From NCBI GenBank assembly GCA_035573915.1, contig DATLZQ010000004.1:6387-70386 (forward strand): a DNA stretch of 64,000 nucleotides. Reading direction: 5' to 3'. A program made the translations under genes and the position numbers. This DNA comes from Actinomycetota bacterium (GTDB lineage: Bacteria; Actinomycetota; UBA4738). The notes below the pieces were generated by a model. That model had not been told where the DNA came from. It made no database searches and worked only from the letters and a program-made list of their open reading frames with translations. This document shows positions 27,774 to 40,926 of the stretch, piece after piece (position 1 is the first letter of the stretch; each line of letters starts with the position of its first letter).

Positions 27774-28526
27774 TCAGTGCAGGGGCTCCAGGACCCGGGA
27801 GAGGAACTGGCGGGTGCGCTCGTGGCGGGGGCGGCTGAAGATCTCCTCCGGCCGCCCCTCCTCCAGGATGACCCCTTCGTCCAGGAACACGACCCGGGTT
27901 CCCACCTCCCGGGCGAACCCCATCTCGTGGGTGACCACGATCATGGTCATCCCCTCCTCGGCCAGGCGCCGCATGACCTCCAGGACCTCGCCGATGAGCT
28001 CGGGGTCCAGAGCGGAGGTGACCTCGTCGAAAAGCATGAGCTTGGGGCGCATGGCCAGGGCCCGGGCGATGGCCACTCGCTGCTGCTGGCCGCCGGACAG
28101 CTGGCCGGGGTAGCTGTCGGCCTTGTGCTCCAGGCCCACGTGCCGGAGTTCCTCCATGGCCCGCTCTCGGGCCTCCTCGGGCCGCATCTTGAGGACCTTG
28201 GTCAGGGCCAGGGTGATGTTCTCCAGGGCCGTCTTGTGGGGGAAGAGGTTGAAGGCCTGGAAGACGATGCCGATGTGGGTCCGGACCTCGTTGAGGTCGG
28301 TCCGGACGTCGGTGATGTCCCGCCCCTCGAACCACACCCGTCCCCGGGTGGGCTCCTCCAGGAGGTTGATGCAGCGGAGGAGGGTGGACTTTCCCGACCC
28401 GGAGGGGCCGATGACTACCAGGACCTCCCCCGGGGCCACCGACAGGGTGATCCCCCGGAGGACGTGGTTGCGCCCGAACCACTTGTGGACGTCCTCCAGC
28501 CGGACCAGCGAGCCGTCCCGGTTCAC
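27774..28526 (-). CDS. polar amino acid ABC transporter ATP-binding protein (GlnQ/HisP-like)
   Basis: [44 protein letters not shown]. Confidence 0.92.
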   Translation of the reverse strand: MNRDGSLVRLEDVHKWFGRNHVLRGITLSVAPGEVLVVIGPSGSGKSTLLRCINLLEEPTRGRVWFEGRDITDVRTDLNEVRTHIGIVFQAFNLFPHKTALENITLALTKVLKMRPEEARERAMEELRHVGLEHKADSYPGQLSGGQQQRVAIARALAMRPKLMLFDEVTSALDPELIGEVLEVMRRLAEEGMTMIVVTHEMGFAREVGTRVVFLDEGVILEEGRPEEIFSRPRHERTRQFLSRVLEPLH

Positions 28527-28607
28527 GAGGCCATTATGGCCCCCGGGCAGGGGCCCCCGGGCAGCGGCCCCGAGGCCCGGAGTCAGGCCCCCCGGTCACG
28601 CCCCGGC

Positions 28608-29696
28608 TCAGGCCCCGGCCACCCCCACCAGCCCGCTGCGCAGCCGCCGCTCCAGAACGTTGACGGCCCGGATCAGGGGGAGGGTGACCGCCAGGTAGCC
28701 CAGGGCGGCCGCCACGAAGAAGGTGGCGTTGAACGAGGCCGAGTAGCCCTGGCTGGCCACGTTGTACAGGTCGAGCTCGCTCTGGGTCAGCCCCAGGACC
28801 AAGATGAGGGCGGTGTCCTTGATGAGGATGACGAACTCGTTCATGAGGGGCGGGATGACCCGCCGCACGGCCTGGGGGATGATGGCGTACCACATGGCCT
28901 GGAAGTAGGACATGCCCAGGCCCCGGGCCGCCTCCAGCTGTCCCCGCTCGATGGACTGGATGCCGGCCCGGAACACCTCGGCCGCGTACGCCCCGGTGTT
29001 CATGGCGAAGACCAGGACGGCCGCCTGGAACCCCGTGATGGTTAGGTTCAGCCCGATTCGGATCCCGAACCAGAAGATCGAGAGCTGCCAGATGAGCGGG
29101 GTCCCCCGGAAGAAGTTGATGTAGGCCCGGGCCGGGGCCCGGACCACCATCCGGCGGGACAGCGCCAGGAGGGACAGCATGAGGCCGATGGCGATCCCCC
29201 CGGCCTCGCCCAGGGTGGCCAGCAGCATGGTGTTCTTGGCCCCGGTGAGGAACTGGCCGAAGCTCCCCCGCAGCACGTCGAAGTTGAGGAAGTGGAAGGC
29301 GAACCGCTCCGGGTTGCCCGCCCGGAAGGCGAGCAGCAGCCCCCCGTACACCACAGCCTGCAGACCCAGGAGGGCCCCGGAGATGGCGGCCTCCCGAGAG
29401 CCCTTGGTAGGCATCCGGCGGTAGCCCCACCACCCGGTCACCAGCGCCGTGGCGCCCAAGGCCGCCCCGGCCACCAGGAGGAGGGCCGTGGTGTCGGCCC
29501 GAAGGCCGGCCACGATCCGCTCGTAGACGTCGGTCCGCCGGGTGGCCAGCACGTGGGCCACCACCACCCCCAGCGTCCCCCCCAGGACGAGGGCCACGGA
29601 GGCGGCCCCCGCCGACAGGGTGGCCCGGCCCAGGGCCACAAGTCCCCGCTCCTCGGCCGCCAACACCCGCATCTCCCTCACCGATGTCCTGGCCAT
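28608..29696 (-). CDS. polar amino acid ABC transporter permease (His/Glu/Gln/Arg/opine family) with long N-terminal membrane extension
   Basis: C-terminal half carries the family EAA-like region (AAEVFRAGIQSIERGQLEAARGLGMS) and FRGTPLIWQL. The start codon is uncertain. Confidence 0.85.
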   Translation of the reverse strand: MARTSVREMRVLAAEERGLVALGRATLSAGAASVALVLGGTLGVVVAHVLATRRTDVYERIVAGLRADTTALLLVAGAALGATALVTGWWGYRRMPTKGSREAAISGALLGLQAVVYGGLLLAFRAGNPERFAFHFLNFDVLRGSFGQFLTGAKNTMLLATLGEAGGIAIGLMLSLLALSRRMVVRAPARAYINFFRGTPLIWQLSIFWFGIRIGLNLTITGFQAAVLVFAMNTGAYAAEVFRAGIQSIERGQLEAARGLGMSYFQAMWYAIIPQAVRRVIPPLMNEFVILIKDTALILVLGLTQSELDLYNVASQGYSASFNATFFVAAALGYLAVTLPLIRAVNVLERRLRSGLVGVAGA

Positions 29697-29733
29697 GCCA
29701 GCCTCCTCACCGCGACCACCTGCCCGAAACGAC

Positions 29734-29770
29734 GAGGGGCCCGCGCCCCGACCGTCGGCGCGGGCCCCTC
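29734..29770 (-). promoter_or_regulatory. perfect 14-bp GC stem-loop between the SBP gene and the permease gene
   Basis: GAGGGGCCCGCGCC (29734-29747) and GGCGCGGGCCCCTC (29757-29770) with a 9-nt loop. No T-tract. Confidence 0.6.
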
Positions 29771-29784
29771 TGACTGCGTCACCT

Positions 29785-30675
29785 TTATGACGTCGGCTGG
29801 TACTCCTCCGGGAGGGGCGTCTGCGGGAACCACCGCTTCCAGATCTCGGCGTAGGTGCCGTCGGCGATGATCTCCCGGAGGACCTGGTTGACGGCCTCCC
29901 GGAGGCCCGGGTTGTCCTCGGAGAAGGCGAAGGCGTACTTCTCGCCGGTGTCGATGAACTGGACCACCTCGACCACGCCCGTGAGCTGCTGGCGCTGGAT
30001 AATGCCTTCCGAGCTCGGGGCGTCGTTCACGATGCCCGTGATGGCCCCGGCCTCGAGGTCGGCGAAGGCCGGCGTGATCGTCCGGTAGGTCTTGACCTGG
30101 ATCCCCCTGGGGGCCAGGTTCTCCTCGGCCCAGTCCTTCCCGGTGGTCCCCCGCTGGACGCCGACGATGTCCCCCGGCTCGAGGTCGTCCACGGACTTGA
30201 TGTCCGGGGTCCGCTGGACGTTCACCGCGAGGGACTGGCCGGCGTTGAAGTAGTAGTCGGAGAAGTCCACGACCTGGTCCCGCTGGGCTCCCACGTCGCC
30301 CGTGGCCGTGACGGCGGCCGCCACCATGTCGAAGTCGTTGGCGGCCAGGGCCGTGAAGATCGTGTCGAAGTCGGCCCGCACCCACTGCACCTGGAGCCCC
30401 AGCCGGGAGGCGATCTCCTCGGTGAGGTCGACGTCGAAGCCCTTCTCGTCGCCGCCCTCCACGAACTCGAACGGCGGGAAGTCCAGGCACGAGCCGACCC
30501 TCAACACCCCCTCCTCCAGCGTGGTGAAGGTGGGGGAGGGAGTGGTCTCGGTCGGCGTCGTAGGCGTCGGGCTCGGCGCCGTGCCCGGTGGCGGCGAGGC
30601 CTGCTGCGCGCAAGCTGCCCCCACGAGCGAAATGACCAGGGTCAGAGCGAACGTCCACCGCATGGATCTACGCAT
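29785..30675 (-). CDS. polar amino acid ABC transporter substrate-binding protein (probable lipoprotein)
   Basis: Start at ATG 30675 (MRRSMRWTFALTLVISLVGAAC) is preceded by GGAGGGGGG. The mature part has LRVGSCLDFPPFEF and GFDVDL motifs of family-3 SBPs. The upstream part of ORF 29785..30942 is read-through without a stop. Confidence 0.85.
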   Translation of the reverse strand: MRRSMRWTFALTLVISLVGAACAQQASPPPGTAPSPTPTTPTETTPSPTFTTLEEGVLRVGSCLDFPPFEFVEGGDEKGFDVDLTEEIASRLGLQVQWVRADFDTIFTALAANDFDMVAAAVTATGDVGAQRDQVVDFSDYYFNAGQSLAVNVQRTPDIKSVDDLEPGDIVGVQRGTTGKDWAEENLAPRGIQVKTYRTITPAFADLEAGAITGIVNDAPSSEGIIQRQQLTGVVEVVQFIDTGEKYAFAFSEDNPGLREAVNQVLREIIADGTYAEIWKRWFPQTPLPEEYQPTS

Positions 30676-30862
30676 CCCATCCCCCCTCCGCTTCGGGTTC
30701 GCCCCTATTGTGCCGCATCTCCAGGGGCCGCCCATGGCCCCCGCCACCCGCCGCCGGCACCAACCGTCGGCCGGGGCTCCTCGTCGAGCCACCCCCGCGC
30801 CCCACGGTTGCTGCGGGGAGGTCCAATCCTCGGCGCGCGGGGGGAGTTCACCTCCGTGAGCT

Positions 30863-31120
30863 TCACTTCCGGAGCTGAGCTTGCGGACGGTCTCCTCGCC
30901 CTCGAGGGCGGCGGCGAGCTGGAGGGCTTTGTCCAGCTGCACTCCGGGCCGCAGCCGGAGGGGACCAGGCCGCAGGCGGGAGGCGCGGGGGCCGGCGGCG
31001 TGAGGCTCCAGCCGCCCGGAGGGCGGAGTTGAGAGCCTCCTTGAAGGAGATCTCGCGCTCCCGGGCGATCTGCCGAAGCCTCGCTGCCAGGTCGGGGTCG
31101 ATGGTCACGGTGGTTCGCAC
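30863..31120 (-). pseudogene. orphan ribbon-helix-helix antitoxin-like gene (VapB/DUF2191-like), probably degraded
   Basis: N-terminus VRTTVTIDPDLAARLRQIAREREISFKEALNSALRA is a typical RHH antitoxin. The C-terminal half is low complexity in this frame, while a shifted frame reads RPGVQLDKALQLAAALEGEE. No toxin ORF follows. Confidence 0.5.
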
Positions 31121-31175
31121 GCTGGCACCATAGCACCCGCCGCTGTCGACCTCGGGACGCCACTCAAGACGCCAC

Positions 31176-32021
31176 TCAAAAGGACGGCGTGGCGAGGAAG
31201 GCCTGGCGGATCCGGCGGGCCAGCTCCTGCTCCACCTGCTCCCGGCGGTAGGGTCGAGTCTCCCCGGCCACCCGGATGGAGACCTCCTCGTCGACCGGCT
31301 CCACGGCCACCTTCCAGGGCCCGGCCGAGACCAGGCGTCGGACCTCCGGGCTCCGCTGCAGCTCCTCGAGGAGCTCGTCGAGGCGCCGCTCCACCTCCCC
31401 GGGGTCCTCCTCCCTGGGGATCCGGACCTCCACCGTGACCCGCCCCTGTCCCCGGGACTTGTTGGAGACGACCTGCATCCCGCCGTTGGGAACCACCGTG
31501 AGGGTCCCATCGTCCTGGCGGATGGCCGTGGTCCGCAGGGTGAGCGCCTCCACCCGGCCCCGGACCGTCCCTCCCACCGCCGAGATCTCCACGTAGTCGC
31601 CCACGGCGAACTGGTCCTCGAGCAGGACGAAGAACCCGGCCAGGAAGTCCCGCACCAGGCTCTGGGCCCCGAAGCCCAGGGCCACCCCGGCGATCCCCGC
31701 CCCCGCCAGCAGGGGCCCCAGGTTGATCCCCACCTCGGCCAGGATGGTCAGGATGGCCACCGTCCAGACGACCACCCGGACGACGTTGGCCATGATGGCG
31801 GTCAGGGTGGCGGCCCGCTTGAGGTTGACTTGGCGGGTCGCGTCGACCGGGCCCTCCAGCCGCTTCCGGACCCGGCGGACCCCCAGCCCGCCGAGCCCCG
31901 ACAGGAGGACTGCCAGCAGCAGCACCACCCCGATCCGCACCCCGTGGGTGCGGAGCCACACGAGGCTCAAGAACGCCTCGCCCTGGTGCGTCGCCAGGGC
32001 CGTCACCACGCTCGCTCCCAC
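31176..32021 (-). CDS. mechanosensitive ion channel family protein (MscS-like)
   Basis: Three N-terminal TM helices, then FAVGDYVEISAVGGTVRGRVEALTLRTTAIRQDDGTLTVVPNG, the MscS beta-domain signature. Confidence 0.88.
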   Translation of the reverse strand: MGASVVTALATHQGEAFLSLVWLRTHGVRIGVVLLLAVLLSGLGGLGVRRVRKRLEGPVDATRQVNLKRAATLTAIMANVVRVVVWTVAILTILAEVGINLGPLLAGAGIAGVALGFGAQSLVRDFLAGFFVLLEDQFAVGDYVEISAVGGTVRGRVEALTLRTTAIRQDDGTLTVVPNGGMQVVSNKSRGQGRVTVEVRIPREEDPGEVERRLDELLEELQRSPEVRRLVSAGPWKVAVEPVDEEVSIRVAGETRPYRREQVEQELARRIRQAFLATPSF

Positions 32022-32114
32022 GCCATGCCGGCCGTCACCCGAGGATAGAGACCCGGCCCCCGCTGCTCAACGGTGCCCCGAAACCTGGCCTGCCTCCCCG
32101 CCTACAATCGGTTC

Positions 32115-34130
32115 GTGCCCCCCTTCAAGCTGGTCTCGGAGTTCGCCCCCGCCGGCGACCAGCCGCAGGCCATCGAGCGGCTGGCGGAAGGGGTGCTGCG
32201 CGGCCTGGACCGCCAGACGCTCCTCGGGGTGACCGGGACCGGGAAGACCTTCACCATCGCCGGAGTCATCGAGCGGGTCCAGCGACCCACCCTGGTCATC
32301 GCCCCCAACAAGTCCCTGGCCGCCCAGCTGGCCAACGAGTTCCGGGAGTTCTTCCCGGAGAACGCCGTGGAGTACTTCGTGAGCTACTACGACTACTATC
32401 AGCCCGAGGCCTACGTCCCTCAGACCGACACCTACATCGAGAAGGACGCCACGATCAACGACGAGATCGACCGGCTCCGGCACTCGGCCACCTCGGCCCT
32501 GCTCAGCCGGCGGGACGTGATCATCGTGGCCTCCGTCTCCTGCATCTACGGCCTGGGGACCCCCGAGGAGTACATGGGGCAGGTCCTCCGGGTCCACCGG
32601 GAGGTCCCCCTGGACCTGGACTTCGCCGTGCGCCGCCTGACCGACATCCAGTACCAGCGGACCACCATGAACCTGACCCGGGGGAGGTTCCGGGTCCGGG
32701 GCGACACCCTGGAGGTGTTCCCGGCCTACGAGGAGACCATCGTCCGCATCGAGCTCTGGGGGGACACCGTCGAACGGATCCTCCAGCTGGACCCGGTGAC
32801 CGGGGAGGTCATCAGGGAGCTGGACGAGGTGTGGGTGTACCCGGCCACTCACTACGTGGCCTCCGCCGACCGGATGCAGCGGGCCATCCAGAGCATCGAG
32901 CGGGAGCTCGAGGAGCGGTTGGCCGAGCTGGAGCGGCAGGGGAAGCTCCTCGAGGCCCAGCGGCTCCGGATGCGGACCAACTACGACCTGGAGATGCTCC
33001 GGGAGGTAGGGTTCTGCTCGGGCATCGAGAATTACTCTCGCCACATCGACGGGCGGGCCCCGGGGGAGCCCCCCTACACCCTCCTCGACTACTTCCCCCG
33101 GGACTTCCTCACGGTCATCGACGAGAGCCACATCACGGTCCCCCAACTCCACGGGATGTACGAGGGGGACATGTCGAGGAAGCGGACCCTGGTGGAGTAC
33201 GGCTTCCGCCTGCCCAGCGCCCTGGACAACCGGCCCCTCCGGTTCGAGGAGTTCATCGAACGGGTGGGCCAGGTCATCTTCATGTCGGCCACCCCCGGCC
33301 CCTACGAGCTCCGGGTGAGCAAGCAGGTCGTGGAGCAGATCGTCCGGCCCACGGGCCTCGTCGACCCCGAGGTCGAAGTGCGGCCCACCCGGGGTCAGGT
33401 GGACGACCTCATCGAGGAGATCCGCCGGCGCACCGAGCGGGGGGAGCGGGTCCTGGTGACCACCCTCACCAAGAAGATGGCCGAGGACCTCACTGACTAC
33501 CTCGTGGAGATGGGCCTGCGGGTCCGCTACCTCCACTCAGAGGTGGACACCCTGGAGCGGATCGAGATCCTCCGGGACCTCCGGCTGGGGGAGTTCGACG
33601 TGCTGGTGGGGATCAACCTCCTGCGGGAGGGCCTGGATCTCCCGGAGGTGTCCCTGGTGGCCATCCTGGACGCGGACAAGGAGGGGTTCCTCCGCAGCGA
33701 GACCTCCCTCATCCAGATGATCGGGCGGGCGGCCCGCAACGTGGCCGGCCGGGTGATCATGTACGCCGACACCGTCACCGACTCCATGCGCCGGGCCATC
33801 TCCGAGACCAACCGCCGGCGGAAGATCCAGATGGAGTACAACCGCCAGCACGGGATCGACCCCCAGACCGTCCGCAAGCGGGTCTCGGACATCCTGCTGG
33901 CCATGGAGGTCGAACCCCGGCGCAAGGCTCTCACCCCGGACCGGGGCCGCCGGCGGCGGGAGCGCCCGGACCTCCCCCAGGAGGAGCTGGAGCGGCTCAT
34001 CCGGACCCTGGAGGAAGAGATGCACGAGGCGGCCCGGGAGCTCCGGTTCGAGTACGCCGCCCGCCTGCGCGACGAGGTGCAAGACCTCCGGCGGGAGCTG
34101 GCCGCCCTCCGGAAAGCGGGGGTCGGCTAA
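32115..34130 (+). CDS. uvrB: excinuclease ABC subunit B
   Basis: [27 protein letters not shown], helicase motifs, and a C-terminal UVR domain ([13 protein letters not shown]). GTG at 32115 is preceded by TACAAT plus 6 nt; the ORF-track start at 32073 is less likely. Confidence 0.95.
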   Translation: MPPFKLVSEFAPAGDQPQAIERLAEGVLRGLDRQTLLGVTGTGKTFTIAGVIERVQRPTLVIAPNKSLAAQLANEFREFFPENAVEYFVSYYDYYQPEAYVPQTDTYIEKDATINDEIDRLRHSATSALLSRRDVIIVASVSCIYGLGTPEEYMGQVLRVHREVPLDLDFAVRRLTDIQYQRTTMNLTRGRFRVRGDTLEVFPAYEETIVRIELWGDTVERILQLDPVTGEVIRELDEVWVYPATHYVASADRMQRAIQSIERELEERLAELERQGKLLEAQRLRMRTNYDLEMLREVGFCSGIENYSRHIDGRAPGEPPYTLLDYFPRDFLTVIDESHITVPQLHGMYEGDMSRKRTLVEYGFRLPSALDNRPLRFEEFIERVGQVIFMSATPGPYELRVSKQVVEQIVRPTGLVDPEVEVRPTRGQVDDLIEEIRRRTERGERVLVTTLTKKMAEDLTDYLVEMGLRVRYLHSEVDTLERIEILRDLRLGEFDVLVGINLLREGLDLPEVSLVAILDADKEGFLRSETSLIQMIGRAARNVAGRVIMYADTVTDSMRRAISETNRRRKIQMEYNRQHGIDPQTVRKRVSDILLAMEVEPRRKALTPDRGRRRRERPDLPQEELERLIRTLEEEMHEAARELRFEYAARLRDEVQDLRRELAALRKAGVG

Positions 34131-34151
34131 GCCCGTGGCCACCGACGGCCT

Positions 34152-35258
34152 GTGAGCGCTCTGTGGGTCCGGGCCCCCGCGGGGTGGTTGGGCCCGGGGC
34201 GCTTCGCGGAGGACGTGGTGGTCGTGGTGGCCGGGGGCCGGGTGGCCTTCGCTGGGACCCGGCGCGAGCTCGCGGCCGTGGCCTCCCCGGGGGACCGGGC
34301 GGAGACGCTGGGTGGGGGGCCCTTCCCGCCGCCCGCCGGCGAGGAGCTCGACGTCGACGGGTTCCTCCTCCCGGGGGTGGCGGACCGCCACGTCCACATC
34401 GGGCTCTCCGACCCCGGGGCGGTCCTGGCGTGCGGGGTGACCGCCGTTCGGGACCTGGGGTGGCCGGCGGAGGCCATCTTCCCACTGGCCGAGGCCTCGG
34501 AGTCGCCCGCCTTCGACGGCCCCTTGGTCCGGTGCGCCGGGCCCATGCTCACCTGCCCCGGCGGCTACCCCACCCGGTCGGCCTGGGCGCCCCCCGGGAC
34601 CGGCCTCGAGGTGCGGGGCCCGGAGGACGCCGAGGCCGCCGTGCGGGACCTGGCGGCCCGGGGAGCCTGTGTGGTGAAGGTGGCCCTCAACGCCGAGGCC
34701 GGCCCCACCCTCTCCGACCGAGCCCTCCTGGCGGCCTGCGCCACCGCCCACGAGCTCGGGCTGCGAGTGACCGCCCACTGCCAGGGCCCGGGCCAGGTGG
34801 AGCGGGCCCTGGGGGCCGGCGTGGACGAGCTAGCTCACTGTCCCTGGACCGAGGGGCTCCCGGAGGACGTGGTGGGGGCGGCCGCCCGCCGGGTGCGGGT
34901 GGTCTCCACCCTGGACATCCACTCCTACGGGGCCGACACGCCGGAGCTCCGGACGGCCACCGACAACCTCCGCCGGTTCGTGGAGGCCGGGGGCAGGGTG
35001 GCCTACGGGACCGACCTGGGCAACGGCCCCATCCCCCCCGGCATCCACCCCGGCGAGGTCCGCCACCTGCTAGCCGCCGGGCTCTCGGTGGAGGGCGTCC
35101 TTGCGGCCATGGTGGCCCGGCCCCTTGCCCCGGGCGAGCCCGGGGACCTGGTCGCGGTGGGGGCCGACCCCCGGGAGAATCCGGCGGGCCTGGGTCGGGT
35201 CCTGGTCACGGTCCGGGGTGGCCGCCTGGTCCGTCCCCCGGGCGCCGGTCGAGGGTGA
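34152..35258 (+). CDS. amidohydrolase family protein (metal-dependent hydrolase)
   Basis: LLPGVADRHVHIG (HxH), VTAHCQG, and AYGTDLG (Asp) motifs of the amidohydrolase superfamily. Confidence 0.7.
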   Translation: MSALWVRAPAGWLGPGRFAEDVVVVVAGGRVAFAGTRRELAAVASPGDRAETLGGGPFPPPAGEELDVDGFLLPGVADRHVHIGLSDPGAVLACGVTAVRDLGWPAEAIFPLAEASESPAFDGPLVRCAGPMLTCPGGYPTRSAWAPPGTGLEVRGPEDAEAAVRDLAARGACVVKVALNAEAGPTLSDRALLAACATAHELGLRVTAHCQGPGQVERALGAGVDELAHCPWTEGLPEDVVGAAARRVRVVSTLDIHSYGADTPELRTATDNLRRFVEAGGRVAYGTDLGNGPIPPGIHPGEVRHLLAAGLSVEGVLAAMVARPLAPGEPGDLVAVGADPRENPAGLGRVLVTVRGGRLVRPPGAGRG

Positions 35259-35357
35259 CGGGCCTCTCGGGCCGTCCCCTGCGCCCCCCGGACCGGCGTA
35301 TTCGCGGCGGCTCGTTATGCTGGAGATGGCGGGGCCAGCGCGGGCTGACTGGCCTCG

Positions 35358-35972
35358 GTGAACGCGATGAGCACGCCCGTTCGTCTGGCTGGGGCCATGG
35401 GGATGGCGCTCCTGCTGGCGGCCTCCTGCAGCCGGGCCCAACTGCGGACGGTGGCGCCCCCCACGCCCGAGGTGGTCAGGGGTGACGCCCTGTCCCCGGT
35501 CCCACGGGAGCAGCCCTGGATCTTCAGCAAGGGACTGCCCCGGCCGGGGGACCTCCGCCGGTTCAGCATCCGGGAGGCGAGCAAGCGTCTGCTCGAGGTG
35601 GTTCCCCGCCTGGACGGCCTCCACGAGGCCCCCCTCAAGACGACCGAACGGACGGCGGGGCTCTTCCTCCTCGAGGTCCAGTCCAGGGAGTTCCCTGGGG
35701 AGCTGCTCCATCGGGCCCAGAACCCCATCTTCCGGGCCTTCGCCGAGGATCGCTCGCTCGGGGACTGGCTCATCCTGGTGATGGACGTCGTGGTCCGGGC
35801 CCCGCCCGACCCCATCGCGCCCACCGCCTACCGGTGGACGCGGCAGGAGGTCGAGGACTACGTCCGTTGCGGCATGCCCGAAGAGGGCTCCAACGACTGC
35901 TCCCGGGCCTTCTTCCGGAAGGCCACCGTGGTGGTGCTCAAGGGCGCGGCCGGGCCTCCGGTGGGCCTGTAG
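35358..35972 (+). CDS. hypothetical secreted/lipoprotein, paralogue A
   Basis: Signal peptide with LLAASC. Conserved C-terminal block IFRAFAEDRSLGDWLILVMDVVV...YRWTRQEVEDYVRCG...CSRAFFR is shared with the next gene. Confidence 0.6.
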   Translation: MNAMSTPVRLAGAMGMALLLAASCSRAQLRTVAPPTPEVVRGDALSPVPREQPWIFSKGLPRPGDLRRFSIREASKRLLEVVPRLDGLHEAPLKTTERTAGLFLLEVQSREFPGELLHRAQNPIFRAFAEDRSLGDWLILVMDVVVRAPPDPIAPTAYRWTRQEVEDYVRCGMPEEGSNDCSRAFFRKATVVVLKGAAGPPVGL

Positions 35973-36002
35973 GGGCCGGCCAGAGGTCCAAAAGGCCGGA
36001 GG

Positions 36003-36761
36003 GTGGGGGCCTCGGGGCCCCTCCGCCGTCTGGCATTTCCGGTCCGTTTGTGGTCTCCTTGTGCGAGGGTCCGGGCCGGCTGGACCCAGGCAGGAGGAGC
36101 CATCCGCAGACTGCTCGCCGCTGGGGTGGCCCTGGCGGCGCTGGCCGTAGGTGTCGCGTTCGGGGTCGCAGCCCTCCTCCGGGAGGCTCGGGAGCGGGCG
36201 CCCTCGGGGGCAGCGGTGTCCGGGGCCGCGGCGGAGACCGGCCCCGCCGTCCTCTCGCTCGTCCCCTTCGCCGGGCCCGGCGACGCGGTGTCCCCGCTAC
36301 CACCGGAGCGCTACATCTTCACCCCCTTCCGGGACCAGCACCTCCTGCCCCAGGCCTCCCTCCAGCCCGGGAGCGTGAAGCTCGCGGACCTCTTCCCCCG
36401 GACGGAGCGCCTACGGGTCATGGCCCTGCGCAGTACGGAGGGGACGGCCGCCGTGGTCCTCATCGAGCAGTCCATTGGCCGGCCCTGGGGGGAGCTCCTC
36501 ATCCCCGCGGAGCGGAAGATCTTCCGGTCGTTCGCCGCCGACCGCAGCCTCGGTAACTGGCTCATCGTGGCCTCCGACGTGATCGTCCTCGGGGAGCGGG
36601 ACCCGGTGCCCTTCACGGTCTACCGCTGGAGCCGGGACGCCGTGGAGGCCTACGCGGACTGCGGGATCTCCGACGGCGACGTCGACCGCTGCGCCCGGCA
36701 GTTCTTCCGGCTGGCCCAGACACTGATGGGTGGGCTGACCGGGTTCCAGCCCTCGAGGTGA
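36003..36761 (+). CDS. hypothetical membrane-anchored protein, paralogue B
   Basis: N-terminal TM anchor (LLAAGVALAALAVGVAFGVAALL). C-terminal block IFRSFAADRSLGNWLIVASDVIV...YRWSRDAVEAYADCG...CARQFFR is paralogous to 35358..35972. The start is uncertain. Confidence 0.6.
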   Translation: MGASGPLRRLAFPVRLWSPCARVRAGWTQAGGAIRRLLAAGVALAALAVGVAFGVAALLREARERAPSGAAVSGAAAETGPAVLSLVPFAGPGDAVSPLPPERYIFTPFRDQHLLPQASLQPGSVKLADLFPRTERLRVMALRSTEGTAAVVLIEQSIGRPWGELLIPAERKIFRSFAADRSLGNWLIVASDVIVLGERDPVPFTVYRWSRDAVEAYADCGISDGDVDRCARQFFRLAQTLMGGLTGFQPSR

Positions 36762-36782
36762 GGGCCGGAAGCGTCGGACGCC

Positions 36783-37922
36783 CTAGAGAACCTGGCCCAG
36801 GGCCTCGAACAGGCGGTCCACGTCCTCCTCGGTGTTGAAGAAGTGGGGGGAGACCCGAAGCCCGTCCCCCCGCCAGTCCGTGCAGACGTCCCGCTCCAGC
36901 AGGGCATGGCAGACCTTCTCGGCGTCCGGCCCCACTTGGAGGTTGACCAGCCCCCCGCGGGCCGCCCGGTCCCTGGGGGTCCGGACCTCGAGTCCGGCCC
37001 GGTCCGCCCGCTCCACCACGTAGTCCACCAGGTCCTGCTGGCGGGCCCGGATGGCCTCCACCCCCACCCGGGTCACCACGTCCAAGCCCCCCTGGGCCAC
37101 GAAGCAGGAGGGGGCCGCGGGCGTCCCGTGCTCGAGGCGGCGGGCCGAGGGGTGGTACTCGAGGTGCTGGAGGTCGAAGGCGAAGGGGTCCCGGGTGGCG
37201 AACCACCCCGTCACCAGGGGCTCCAGGCGAGGGAGGAGCTCCCGCCGGGCATACAGGAAGGCCAGGCCCGGCCCCCCGCACAGCCACTTGAGGACCCCGG
37301 TGGCGTAGAAGTCGCAGCCGAGCTCGTGGACGTCGACGGGCACGATGCCGGCCCCGTGGAAGTCGTCCACGAACGTCCAGGCCCCGACCTCCCTGGCCAG
37401 TCGGCAGATCTCCCGGGCGTCCAAAAGGGCGCTGGAACGGTAGAGGACCCGGTTCACGACGACCAACGACGTCCGCTCGTCGACGGCCTCCTGGAACGCC
37501 TCCACGGGCACGGTGAGGCCGTCTGGGGAGGGCAGGAAGACCACCTCCGCCCCCCGGCGGCGGTGGGCCAGGGCCACGTGGCCGTCGGTGGGGAAGTCCA
37601 GCTCCGTGAGGACCACCTTGGGCCGGGCCGAGAGGTCCAGGCAGGACATGACCGCGGACAGGGCCAGGGACACGTTGACCGTGATGGCCACCTCGTCGGG
37701 GTCCGCCCCCACCAGGCCCGCGAACGTCCGCTTCAGGGCCCCCATGCGGGGGAAGATGTCCTCGAACCACACGTGGTCGGGGGCTCCCTTGGTGGCCCAG
37801 GCCTCCAGGTACTCCTCGAGGTAGGCCCGGGCCCGGCGGGACAGCGGGCCGAGGGAGGCGCTGATGAGGTAGGCCTTCCGCTCGAGGACCGGGAACTCCT
37901 CGCGGTAGGCGCTCAGGTCCAC
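36783..37922 (-). CDS. aminotransferase class V-fold PLP-dependent enzyme (kynureninase/cysteine-desulfurase-like)
   Basis: [22 protein letters not shown]-terminus, [15 protein letters not shown] (PLP-lysine context), [15 protein letters not shown]-terminus. GTG at 37922 is favoured over the ORF-track start at 38033. Confidence 0.75.
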   Translation of the reverse strand: MDLSAYREEFPVLERKAYLISASLGPLSRRARAYLEEYLEAWATKGAPDHVWFEDIFPRMGALKRTFAGLVGADPDEVAITVNVSLALSAVMSCLDLSARPKVVLTELDFPTDGHVALAHRRRGAEVVFLPSPDGLTVPVEAFQEAVDERTSLVVVNRVLYRSSALLDAREICRLAREVGAWTFVDDFHGAGIVPVDVHELGCDFYATGVLKWLCGGPGLAFLYARRELLPRLEPLVTGWFATRDPFAFDLQHLEYHPSARRLEHGTPAAPSCFVAQGGLDVVTRVGVEAIRARQQDLVDYVVERADRAGLEVRTPRDRAARGGLVNLQVGPDAEKVCHALLERDVCTDWRGDGLRVSPHFFNTEEDVDRLFEALGQVL

Positions 37923-38025
37923 GCCCCCATCTTCCCGGCCGGGCCGGGCCCTCGCAACCGCCGGCCCCTCGGCGGACGGGCCCCGGCCCCACCGGCCGGC
38001 GGGGGGTCGGGGGGCCGACGGTACA

Positions 38026-40899
<2,874 letters not shown>

Positions 40900-40926
40900 G
40901 CCCCTCCACGGCCCCGGACCTCCCTG

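Noticed and set aside
28541-28568. Short GC-rich tandem repeat (GCCCCCGGGCAGGG / GCCCCCGGGCAGCG) between the ABC ATPase and permease genes
   Set aside because: It has only two imperfect copies in a very GC-rich spacer, which is indistinguishable from chance or slippage, and no function can be argued.
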